42,087 nt of DNA, from positions 1-42,087 of the forward strand of contig CBIHPZ010000001.1 of the NCBI GenBank assembly GCA_966211865.1. Reading direction: 5' to 3'. Source of the DNA: an uncultured Aquabacterium sp. Lineage in GTDB: Bacteria > Pseudomonadota > Gammaproteobacteria > Burkholderiales > Burkholderiaceae_C. Position numbers and translations under genes: made by a program. Of this stretch, positions 35,322 through 42,087 are shown piece by piece. Under the pieces are notes generated by a model. That model was given only the letters and a program-made list of their open reading frames with translations, searched no databases and had not been told where the DNA came from. Position 1 is the stretch's first letter. Each line of letters opens with the position of its first letter.

Positions 35322-35959
35322 TGCGCGGCTCCCGGCTGGCCGTCCACCAGCGCACTGACGACGCGGCACACCTCGGCGCTCAGCTGCAGCAGGGTGCCGC
35401 CGTTGCTGATGTCGGCGTCGACGCGGATCTGCTCGTGCCGCTCGCTCTCGTGCGCGGCGGTGTCGGCGGCCAGCTGCGGCACGTGGCCGGGGCGGTGCAC
35501 GCGCACCAGGTGCCCGGCCAGGCCGCGGATGGCCAGGGCCTCGTTCGGGAAGCGCACGTCCGTCACGACCAGGCCGGGCGCGCCGTGCGCGCGCTGGTGC
35601 TTCACCCAGCCGGCCACGTGGCGCACCCAGTACAGCGGGTCGCTGGTGCGGCGGAACTCGCCCCAGCGCTGCAGCGTCCAGCGCGGCGAGCGCGGCTCGA
35701 TGAGGCTGTGGCCGTGCATGCTGGCGAAGCGCAGCCAGCTGGCGTTCTCGGCGTTGCCCACCGCCAGGCTCTTGCGCGGCTGCTCTTTGCTGGCGCGCTC
35801 GGTCAGCTCGCGGATGTCGATGTGGAAGGCGGCCGCCACTTCCACGCGCAGGGCGTCGGCGAAGGCGATGGACTTCCAGCCGCCGGCGGCCAGCGCTGCG
35901 GCGCAGCTGTCTTTGCCGCTGCCGGCGTGGCCGGTGAGGCCGATAAGGGGGGCGTTCAT
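35318..35959 (-). CDS. Deoxynucleoside monophosphate kinase (T4 gp1-like)
   Basis: IGLTGHAGSGKDS P-loop, FADALR, SPRWTLQ.WG, VVTDVRFPNE and HESE motifs. Confidence 0.85.
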   Translation of the reverse strand: MNAPLIGLTGHAGSGKDSCAAALAAGGWKSIAFADALRVEVAAAFHIDIRELTERASKEQPRKSLAVGNAENASWLRFASMHGHSLIEPRSPRWTLQRWGEFRRTSDPLYWVRHVAGWVKHQRAHGAPGLVVTDVRFPNEALAIRGLAGHLVRVHRPGHVPQLAADTAAHESERHEQIRVDADISNGGTLLQLSAEVCRVVSALVDGQPGAAQ

Positions 35960-36141
35960 GCGGGTTGCGTCTCCGGGAGGTTCGCGAGCGCGGTGATGCG
36001 CTGCTCGATTTCGTGGGGCTGCAGGCCGGTGCGGACCATGAGGCGCATCACCAGCTCGATCCAGCGCCAGTCCGTGCCGCGGGCCTGCAGTGCTTCGCGT
36101 GCCATGGCGCGCAGCTGCGGCTGCGTGTAGGTGGTAGCCAT
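35956..36141 (-). CDS. Hypothetical protein
   Basis: GAGG SD; coupled to neighbours. Confidence 0.5.
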   Translation of the reverse strand: MATTYTQPQLRAMAREALQARGTDWRWIELVMRLMVRTGLQPHEIEQRITALANLPETQPA

Positions 36142-36569
36142 CAGGTCCTCTCGATGTCGTTGGCGGCCGCCATGGCCGCGCTGTGGGTCTGGATCAGGGG
36201 ATCCACGGCGATGACGTGGTCCAGGTGAAGGCAGGGCACGGCCATGCGCGGGCGCCACGAGAGGCCGGCGCCGCGGACGCGCACCGGATCGCCGGCGCGG
36301 AGCTGACGCGCTTTTGACGCGGCCACCACCTGCGACGAGATGCCGGGCGGGTAGGTGAGCGTGGCGCGCAGCGGCGGGCAGCCGGGCTGGGCCAGCAGCA
36401 CCGTCACTTCCGGCGCGCCGGTGGCCGGGGCCACGCGCATCACGGCGTGCTCCAGCAGCGTGCCGGTGATGGACACCTCAATGGGCGGCGTGCCGGGGCG
36501 GGCGGCGGCCGGCTGCGGGCGCGTGGCGCGGCGCGGGCGCACCTGTCCAGCAGTGGCGGTGGCAACCAT
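36141..36569 (-). CDS. Hypothetical protein, possible OB-fold (SSB/PriB-like)
   Basis: VSITGTL...A.QLRAGDPVRVRG pattern. Confidence 0.45.
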   Translation of the reverse strand: MVATATAGQVRPRRATRPQPAAARPGTPPIEVSITGTLLEHAVMRVAPATGAPEVTVLLAQPGCPPLRATLTYPPGISSQVVAASKARQLRAGDPVRVRGAGLSWRPRMAVPCLHLDHVIAVDPLIQTHSAAMAAANDIERT

Positions 36570-36862
36570 CACGCTTCTTTCCTTGCGGTGCCTGCGGGCC
36601 GGCCCATGCGGGCATCGAGCGCTTCGGCGCTGATGCCATCGGCTGGTGTGGTGCGCGGCATGCGGGCCGGCTTGCGCGGCGCCAGGCCGGACAGCGCGTC
36701 CAGCTGCTGCGCGGCCCCGCCCACGCTGAAGGCGGCGGCCAGCAAGGGCGCGGCGCATTCGGTGCCGCGCAGGTCGTGCGCCAGGCGCTCGACGGTGCGT
36801 TGCGCTGCCCGCAGTTCGTGGCGGGCGTTCATCAGCAGCATGTAGCGCTCGGCGCGGGTCAC
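36569..36862 (-). CDS. Hypothetical protein
   Basis: Overlap-coupled in the left operon. Confidence 0.45.
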   Translation of the reverse strand: MTRAERYMLLMNARHELRAAQRTVERLAHDLRGTECAAPLLAAAFSVGGAAQQLDALSGLAPRKPARMPRTTPADGISAEALDARMGRPAGTARKEA

Positions 36863-37050
36863 GGGCGCCTCCAGCTCAGCGCGCTGATGTCGGCCTGCAC
36901 CACGGCCAGCTGCGCATCGCAGCGCACCAGCGCGGCCGGCGTGGCGTCGGCGGCAGCCTGCTGGCGCAGCAGCAGTAGCTGCGCGCGGTGCGTGTGCAGC
37001 AGGGCCAGGCGCACAGTGCGGATGGCGCGGGCGATCGGCGCGCGCATCAC
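36859..37050 (-). CDS. Hypothetical protein
   Basis: Overlap-coupled in the left operon. Confidence 0.4.
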   Translation of the reverse strand: MMRAPIARAIRTVRLALLHTHRAQLLLLRQQAAADATPAALVRCDAQLAVVQADISALSWRRP

Positions 37051-37073
37051 GGGTGATCCCCTAGACTGGCGTG

Positions 37074-37616
37074 ATGACCGTGGAGTGGTTCAAGGCGCTG
37101 CTGGATGCTCTCAAGCTCGGCCCAGCCAGCTACGCAGCGATAGGGGCGGTCGCGGCTGTCCTGCTCTTTGGCCCGCCGCAGGTCCTTGAGGCTCTGCGGG
37201 TGGCGCAGCTTGCAAAAGATCACGCCCCAGTTCTTGGAGTCGCTGTACTCGTGTGCTGTGTCGTCCTCATAGGGCACGCGGCGCGGCGCGTCTTGCGGGC
37301 ATGGTCGCAGCGCCAGCGCGAACGGAAACTGATTCGCCGCCTGGAAAGTTTGAGCGAAGACGAAAAGCAGGTCCTGCGGTTCTACGTGGTGCAGCAAACG
37401 CGATCCAACCGCCTTCGCATCAACGACGGCGTCGTGGGCGGTCTCGTAGCCGCAGGCATCATCTGGCGGTCGGGGGCGATACCCGACCGTGATGGCGCGA
37501 TCGCGTTCAATCTCAGCGAACTCGCCTGGCAGGTAATCAACGAACGCGATTGGCTGCTGGCCGGAGACACCGAAGTCGCCCGAACTGACGCCGCCAGCGC
37601 GCGCGCCAGATGGTGA
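37074..37616 (+). CDS. Superinfection exclusion protein B (SieB family)
   Basis: Two TM helices then L..LSEDEKQVL..Y...L...DGVV..LV..GII; antisense within the left operon like lambda/P22 sieB; lower GC. Confidence 0.7.
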   Translation: MTVEWFKALLDALKLGPASYAAIGAVAAVLLFGPPQVLEALRVAQLAKDHAPVLGVAVLVCCVVLIGHAARRVLRAWSQRQRERKLIRRLESLSEDEKQVLRFYVVQQTRSNRLRINDGVVGGLVAAGIIWRSGAIPDRDGAIAFNLSELAWQVINERDWLLAGDTEVARTDAASARARW

Positions 37617-37711
37617 AAGCAGGTCGTCGCTGACGATGGCTTCTGCGACGAGCGCGCAGCTGCGCGCCAGGGCTGCGCAGGCGCGGCGTGCACGATTGAC
37701 CAGGGCGGTGA

Positions 37712-38281
37712 TCACGCGGCCGCTCCCGGGGCATCTGCTGATGCAATGGAGCACGTCAGCGTCTCGATGACGTGGCGCGCGTCTGCGGCAGGAAGGCACA
37801 GGCGCACCGTGGGGCCGCCGACCACGTTGAACGACAGGCCGACCTCTCCCGTCGCTGGATCTTGCGGAAGGGTTCCGTGCCAGGTTGCCGCGGTGTATGA
37901 GGCGGGGATGCGGGACGGACCGGTAGCGCGGACGGCCGTATCGATGTCGCAGCGCTGGCGCGCCTCTTCTACCAAGTCGCCCAGGCCGCGCTCGGCCAGC
38001 AGCGCCTCCAGCACGGCCAGGTTCTGCTTGGCGCGCGCCTGGCGCTCCAGCTTCTTCAGGTAGTTGATGCGGTGCTGCAGCTGCAGCACCTCGACCCGCA
38101 GGCGCGTGCGCTCCGCATCCAGCGTGAAGCGGTAGCTGGCGCTGGTGTGGACGCCGTCGACCACGTAGGCGCGGCGCAGCTCGGCCTGCTCGGCTTCAAT
38201 CCTGGCCACGCGCAGGGTGCATTCGCCGGCGCGCATCAGCAGCGCGGGCAGGTCGGCGCGGGTGGTGGCCTCGAGGTTCAT
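37712..38281 (-). CDS. Hypothetical coiled-coil protein
   Basis: ATGA-coupled ORF. Confidence 0.55.
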   Translation of the reverse strand: MNLEATTRADLPALLMRAGECTLRVARIEAEQAELRRAYVVDGVHTSASYRFTLDAERTRLRVEVLQLQHRINYLKKLERQARAKQNLAVLEALLAERGLGDLVEEARQRCDIDTAVRATGPSRIPASYTAATWHGTLPQDPATGEVGLSFNVVGGPTVRLCLPAADARHVIETLTCSIASADAPGAAA

Positions 38282-38664
38282 GCCGCGGCCGCCTTCGTCT
38301 CGGCCAGGCCGGCGCGGATCAGCGCGCGCCAGGGGTGGTCGGCGTCGTAGCCGGCGTTGACCAGCAGCACGTCCAGGTCAGCCAGGCTCTTGGCCATGGC
38401 GGGCGCGGCGTTCATCAGGCGCATGGCCGTGGCGTGGTCGCGGCCGGTGGGCGCCGCGGCGGGCGCATTGCGCGCCACCAGCATCTGGTCGGCCACCTCG
38501 TAGGCGTTGAAGCAGAGGTGTGCCACCGGATCGCGGCCGGCCTTGTCGGCTGCGGCCAGCAGCGCTTCGCAGGCTTCGCCGGGCACCGTGTCGGTGATCA
38601 GGTGGGCCTGCATGGCCAGCGCTGCGAACTGGTCGCGCAGGTCGCGCAGCTGGTCGGCGTTCAC
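38278..38664 (-). CDS. Hypothetical phage protein
   Basis: LRDQFAALAMQA...AYEVADQML..R motif common in phage early genes; GTGA coupling. Confidence 0.6.
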   Translation of the reverse strand: MNADQLRDLRDQFAALAMQAHLITDTVPGEACEALLAAADKAGRDPVAHLCFNAYEVADQMLVARNAPAAAPTGRDHATAMRLMNAAPAMAKSLADLDVLLVNAGYDADHPWRALIRAGLAETKAAAA

Positions 38665-38903
38665 GACGCGAACCCCCGAGGCCACGCGATGCTGACCAGC
38701 ACCGCCAGCAGCGCCACGGTGGGGTACAGCCACCACCAGCTGCGCGTGGGGTGCGCGGCGTCGTGCGTGCTGGTGATGGGGTCGCGCTCTTCGCGATTGA
38801 TCGCGAAGAACAGCCAGGGGACGGCGACGCCGGCGCCGATCAGGGCCAGCGCAATCAGCGCCAGCCTCAGCAGCTCAATCCAGAAGGGAACTTCGGGTTG
38901 CAC
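38661..38903 (-). CDS. Small membrane protein, first gene of the left operon
   Basis: Two hydrophobic helices; GGAGG SD. Confidence 0.55.
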   Translation of the reverse strand: MQPEVPFWIELLRLALIALALIGAGVAVPWLFFAINREERDPITSTHDAAHPTRSWWWLYPTVALLAVLVSIAWPRGFAS

Positions 38904-38929
38904 GTTGCGCCTCCGTCATCACAGAACGG

Positions 38930-38980
38930 GGCGCATGATGATCTTAAACATCACCGCATGTCAATGCGTTTTGACATCGC
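38930..38980 (-). promoter_or_regulatory. Leftward early promoter/operator (pL/oL-like)
   Basis: AT-rich; TTGACA-N18-CATCAT on the - strand; palindrome ATGTCAA-N6-TTGACAT at 38958-38977. Confidence 0.6.
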
Positions 38981-39080
38981 TGGCGGCTTTTTTCGCTCGG
39001 CTGCGGTGGCTGATGGGTTGCAGAATTCACCAAGCCCTCCGGTCAGGTCGGGTGGCCGTCTTGCGCAAGGTGAAACTACG

Positions 39081-39686
39081 ATGAAGATTTCGCAGATGTT
39101 TGGGGTATTGGTGATTGCCGCCGCCACTGCTGGTGCAACGGCGGAGCCTTGGAAGGAAGAGCCGGATGCCTTGTTTGGAATCCGGTTCGGAGTGCCACTG
39201 TCGGAGCAGGACAAATTGCCTGTGTGTCCGCGCGCCCCGCTATTTCCCGGCGCTCGCCTGCTAGGGCCAGACCAGTCCCACCGTGGTCAGTGCTATCCAG
39301 AGCTTCCAGCGTTTGGCGATTGGATGCAGGCCTACAACACGCCAGACCTTGGGCTCGGCGGGCACGTCTGCGAGGTGTTTTTACGCAAGGGCGTGGTGCA
39401 GGGCGCAAAAATCAAAGTGGCACGGGCCAATGCAAAGGCGCTGCGAGAGTTGCTGGTCGCGCGCTATGGTCCGCCGATGTCCAGCGAAAGCATCGAATAC
39501 AAGAGCGGGTACGGGGCCACTTTCACCGGCGAGGAAGCGTTCTGGCACGGCGCCCGCGTTGTCATGAAGTTCCGCAGCCTGGCCGGCACGGTTGACACCG
39601 CCGACGTCGTTTTCCTGACGACCGCGCACATCTCTGAACAGCAGCGGCAGCGAGTCACCCCGGCCGAAGCCAAGGACAGGCTGTAA
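39081..39686 (+). CDS. Exported protein with signal peptide (lysogenic conversion moron)
   Basis: MKISQMFGVLVIAAATAGATA signal peptide; lower GC; convergent with the repressor. Confidence 0.65.
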   Translation: MKISQMFGVLVIAAATAGATAEPWKEEPDALFGIRFGVPLSEQDKLPVCPRAPLFPGARLLGPDQSHRGQCYPELPAFGDWMQAYNTPDLGLGGHVCEVFLRKGVVQGAKIKVARANAKALRELLVARYGPPMSSESIEYKSGYGATFTGEEAFWHGARVVMKFRSLAGTVDTADVVFLTTAHISEQQRQRVTPAEAKDRL

Positions 39687-39753
39687 CCCTGCGGGCCGGT
39701 CCTCGGCGGGCAACGAACAACGAAACTTCCGGTTGGGTCGAACCCGGGGCGGT

Positions 39754-40116
39754 TTATCGCTTGCTCTTGCTGCTATCTGCCATTGCCCGGCCGGCGGCGA
39801 GTAGCGCATCCTGATGGGGTTCGGGTAGTCGTTCTGCAACCCGGACTAGTTCGCGCAAACGTGCACTGCCATGTGCAAGCAACGGCACTTCGCCTAGCAA
39901 TTCGCTGACCGTAACCTCTAGCGTTTGAGCAAGCGCGAAGAAGTTATGCAGGTCCAGCGCATCGTTGGTGCCTGCCATGAAACGGCTCAACGTGGGCTGA
40001 CTGATCCCTGCGGCGAGCGCTAGGGCGCGCATGCTCGTGAAGCCGCGTTGCTTCCTCAGCGTCTCGATGATCTCGCGCGCATGGCCGTGCGGGCCTTCAG
40101 GGACGGGGCGATGCAT
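39754..40116 (-). CDS. CI-like XRE-family repressor (120 aa, no S24 peptidase domain)
   Basis: SMRALALAAGISQPTLSRF HTH and LAQTLEVTVSELLG; divergent from cro. Confidence 0.8.
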   Translation of the reverse strand: MHRPVPEGPHGHAREIIETLRKQRGFTSMRALALAAGISQPTLSRFMAGTNDALDLHNFFALAQTLEVTVSELLGEVPLLAHGSARLRELVRVAERLPEPHQDALLAAGRAMADSSKSKR

Positions 40117-40195
40117 AAACGTATTGTGGCGAAGGGGGGTTGCCTGCCCAATGTCACGCTGTATCATCAGAGTCCATGTCAAAGTGCATCGACTT
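40117..40195. promoter_or_regulatory. Immunity switch region (pRM/pR and oR-like sites)
   Basis: CACAAT -10 on the - strand; TTGCCT-N16-TATCAT on the + strand; ATGTCAA-N6-TCGACTT at 40176-40195 resembles the oL palindrome. Confidence 0.6.
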
Positions 40196-40397
40196 CGGTG
40201 GCTTGGTTCGACGCGTCTTGGCGGGCGGCTATTCCACATACCGACTTGGTCGGGAACTCGGGTTGTCTCAGCCATCGATCTCCCGACTGTCCACAGGCAA
40301 GACAAAGGCGATTTCGGCTGAGGCCGGGGTTCGCCTGATTCGGTTGGCCGGCGGGTCGGTGGAACTGCCCAAGGATGCCGATCGCGATGCGGCATGA
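40176..40397 (+). CDS. Cro-like HTH protein
   Basis: STYRLGRELGLSQPSISRL HTH; divergent from the repressor. Confidence 0.8.
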   Translation: MSKCIDFGGLVRRVLAGGYSTYRLGRELGLSQPSISRLSTGKTKAISAEAGVRLIRLAGGSVELPKDADRDAA

Positions 40398-40416
40398 GCG
40401 CTTGGTTGCTTTCCGG

Positions 40417-40734
40417 CTATTGCGTGACCGAGAAGTCTGGCCGGTTGGTGTAGTGAGTCCGGCCGAGTGGCTCAATCAACACCGTGATGCGCAGTTCATC
40501 GTGCGCGATCCACTCGTGCACCACCCCATGCACGCCCCAGGCGCTTGTCGACGTGAGATAGATGACTTCGCCCTTGCGCGGCAGGGGCGCGTTCACTGGA
40601 AGGTACTGCGGTGCGCGCGATCGGCGCGGCAGCAGGGCGGCGTGTTGCTCTTCCGCGCGCAGCTCGATGCAGATCGCGGTGTGGTGATTCGAAACCATGT
40701 GCATGTGGGGGCTCGGCTTCTTCGGGCTGGCCAT
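40417..40734 (-). CDS. Hypothetical protein
   Basis: GAGGG SD; PLPRKGEVIYL motif. Confidence 0.55.
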   Translation of the reverse strand: MASPKKPSPHMHMVSNHHTAICIELRAEEQHAALLPRRSRAPQYLPVNAPLPRKGEVIYLTSTSAWGVHGVVHEWIAHDELRITVLIEPLGRTHYTNRPDFSVTQ

Positions 40735-40930
40735 GGTGCATTCCCTCGATATCAGTGTGAATTGATGTTCGTCAGGCCGCTCCGCGGCACTGGTTCGCTT
40801 GACGGCGCTGCAAGCCTTGCGGGCCGCTTATCACATGTGGTAGGGCGCCACCCCTCAGGCAGGGGGTGCGCGCTGCGCCCCGCGCCTCGTGGTGCCGTGA
40901 ATTGCTGCACATCCCACGAAAGGAGCGGCC

Positions 40931-41155
40931 ATGCCGCATGAGCAGGCGCGGGCGCGCTCGATGCGATACCGCAAGCGCGTGCAGGGCAGGCGCTTGCGCG
41001 AGCAGCTGGCGCTGGTCGTGACGACGCCGCCGGGCGGTGGCGCGGAAATCAGCTTCTGCGGGCAGCGGCCGGTCAAGCGGCTGTCGCTGTCCGCCTGGCA
41101 ACTCGCCTTTCTGCGTGCGGCACTGTGTCCGGCGGAGGTGCGCGATGCCGGCTGA
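40931..41155 (+). CDS. Small basic hypothetical protein
   Basis: AAGGAG SD. Confidence 0.5.
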   Translation: MPHEQARARSMRYRKRVQGRRLREQLALVVTTPPGGGAEISFCGQRPVKRLSLSAWQLAFLRAALCPAEVRDAG

Positions 41156-41162
41156 GCGAGCG

Positions 41163-41540
41163 TCAGTGCTCGGTGCCGCTGGCGTCGCGTGCAGAGGGTG
41201 CGGGCGCATGCCCAGCGAAGCGGGCGAGTTCGTCCCGAAGCTCCGCGGCCACCTCGGCGGTGAACTCGAAGCCGCACCATCCCAGGCCGACGTGCCGAAG
41301 GGCAACCATCAACGTCTTGTGCACAGGGTCTTCCTGCAGGACATATGCCGGATCGGGGGTGACGCCCATCAGCTCGTCGAATCGAAGCGACGGGGATACC
41401 GGCGGCTCCATTTGGGTGCGTTGGTCGGCCAGCAGTTCGATGAGTGCATCGGTCTGTGCGGCAGTCAATCGGAGCCCGGCGATGCGCAGCCGGCCATCGG
41501 TGTCCAGGGTGGCGGCGATGGGTGATCCGGTCTTTTTCAT
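41163..41540 (-). CDS. Hypothetical protein behind the structured 71-bp leader
   Basis: ATG at the edge of the repeat; GAGGGAGG SD. Confidence 0.6.
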   Translation of the reverse strand: MKKTGSPIAATLDTDGRLRIAGLRLTAAQTDALIELLADQRTQMEPPVSPSLRFDELMGVTPDPAYVLQEDPVHKTLMVALRHVGLGWCGFEFTAEVAAELRDELARFAGHAPAPSARDASGTEH

Positions 41541-41608
41541 GGGCGCCCTCCCTCGGGCTGGTAGTTGCGGAACCACCAGTTTGCACCCGCGGGCAGGGCG
41601 CCCGCCCA
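41538..41608. repeat. 71-bp structured repeat, copy 1
   Basis: 69/71 identical to 41943-42013; nested inverted repeats. Confidence 0.9.
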
Positions 41609-41705
41609 TTCCTCGCGAAGGGAGCGGCCATGTCGCATGAAGTCGGCGATTGGGTTCGCGTGGCCTGCGCAATCCCGGCCGGGTTGTGCGGTGCTGCCGC
41701 CCCGA

Positions 41706-41945
41706 TCAGTTCATCTTGGCTGGTGGTTGATTGCGCAGCGACTCCAGCAGCGACGCCAGGCCATTCAGAAACCCCGCGGCGTTCTCTGGGGTCGTGCGGT
41801 AGTTCGGCGACTGGGTTGTCTCTGGCCGCTGAGGATCTGGGCGACCAATGATGCGCAGCTCGACCATATCGACGAGGCGGCCGTCCGGCTGCCGTTCCTT
41901 GATCGTGCGCATGTCGAACGATTGGATGTACTCGGTTTTGTCCAT
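41706..41945 (-). CDS. Hypothetical protein behind the structured 71-bp leader
   Basis: ATG at the edge of the repeat; GAGGGAGG SD. Confidence 0.6.
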   Translation of the reverse strand: MDKTEYIQSFDMRTIKERQPDGRLVDMVELRIIGRPDPQRPETTQSPNYRTTPENAAGFLNGLASLLESLRNQPPAKMN

Positions 41946-42013
41946 GGGCGCCCTCCCTCGGGCTGGTAGTTGCGGAACCACCAGTTTGCACCCGAGGGCA
42001 GGGCGCACGCCCA
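41943..42013. repeat. 71-bp structured repeat, copy 2
   Basis: See copy 1. Confidence 0.9.
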
Positions 42014-42032
42014 ATGTGCGGCGCCAGGCGGC

Positions 42033-42087
42033 GCCACGCGTCTTTTCTTCGTTGGGCTGTGCTCGTGTGCATGGCCCTGATCTTCGT
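42033..42087. repeat. Terminal direct repeat copy
   Basis: Identical to 1-55. Confidence 0.97.

Noticed and set aside
40855..42072. 405-aa - strand ORF
   Set aside because: Low-complexity Arg/Pro/Ala translation running through both 71-bp repeats; smaller ORFs with SDs explain the region better

Overview
The window is a complete, circular genome of a GC-rich temperate siphophage, about 42,032 bp. Bases 1-55 repeat exactly at 42033-42087, which is an assembly overlap. The host is probably a Burkholderiales bacterium (inference). The + strand carries cro, cII, HNH and replication genes, a lambda-type terminase, a Mor-like activator, portal, a 4-gene insert, protease, capsid, tail and lysis genes. 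The - strand carries a repressor and an early-left operon ending in xis/int, with attP (the 3' half of a tRNA-His) inside the int gene. The main finding is an apparently intact diversity-generating retroelement (DGR) at about 30015-33359, embedded in the early-left operon. It has an RT, Avd, a 100-bp template repeat (TR), and two tandem target genes with adenine-specific variable repeats (VRs) and identical downstream hairpins. The targets are non-structural DUF1566/CLec-like proteins; I found no VR in the tail fibre. The RT frame is open through the TR from an ATGA overlap with avd. Other points of note are twin 33-bp late promoter palindromes with leaderless geometry, a repeat-linked SGNH/appendage cassette between portal and protease, and duplicated 71-bp structured leaders in the cro-cII interval. 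All family assignments come from motif recognition by eye, not database searches.
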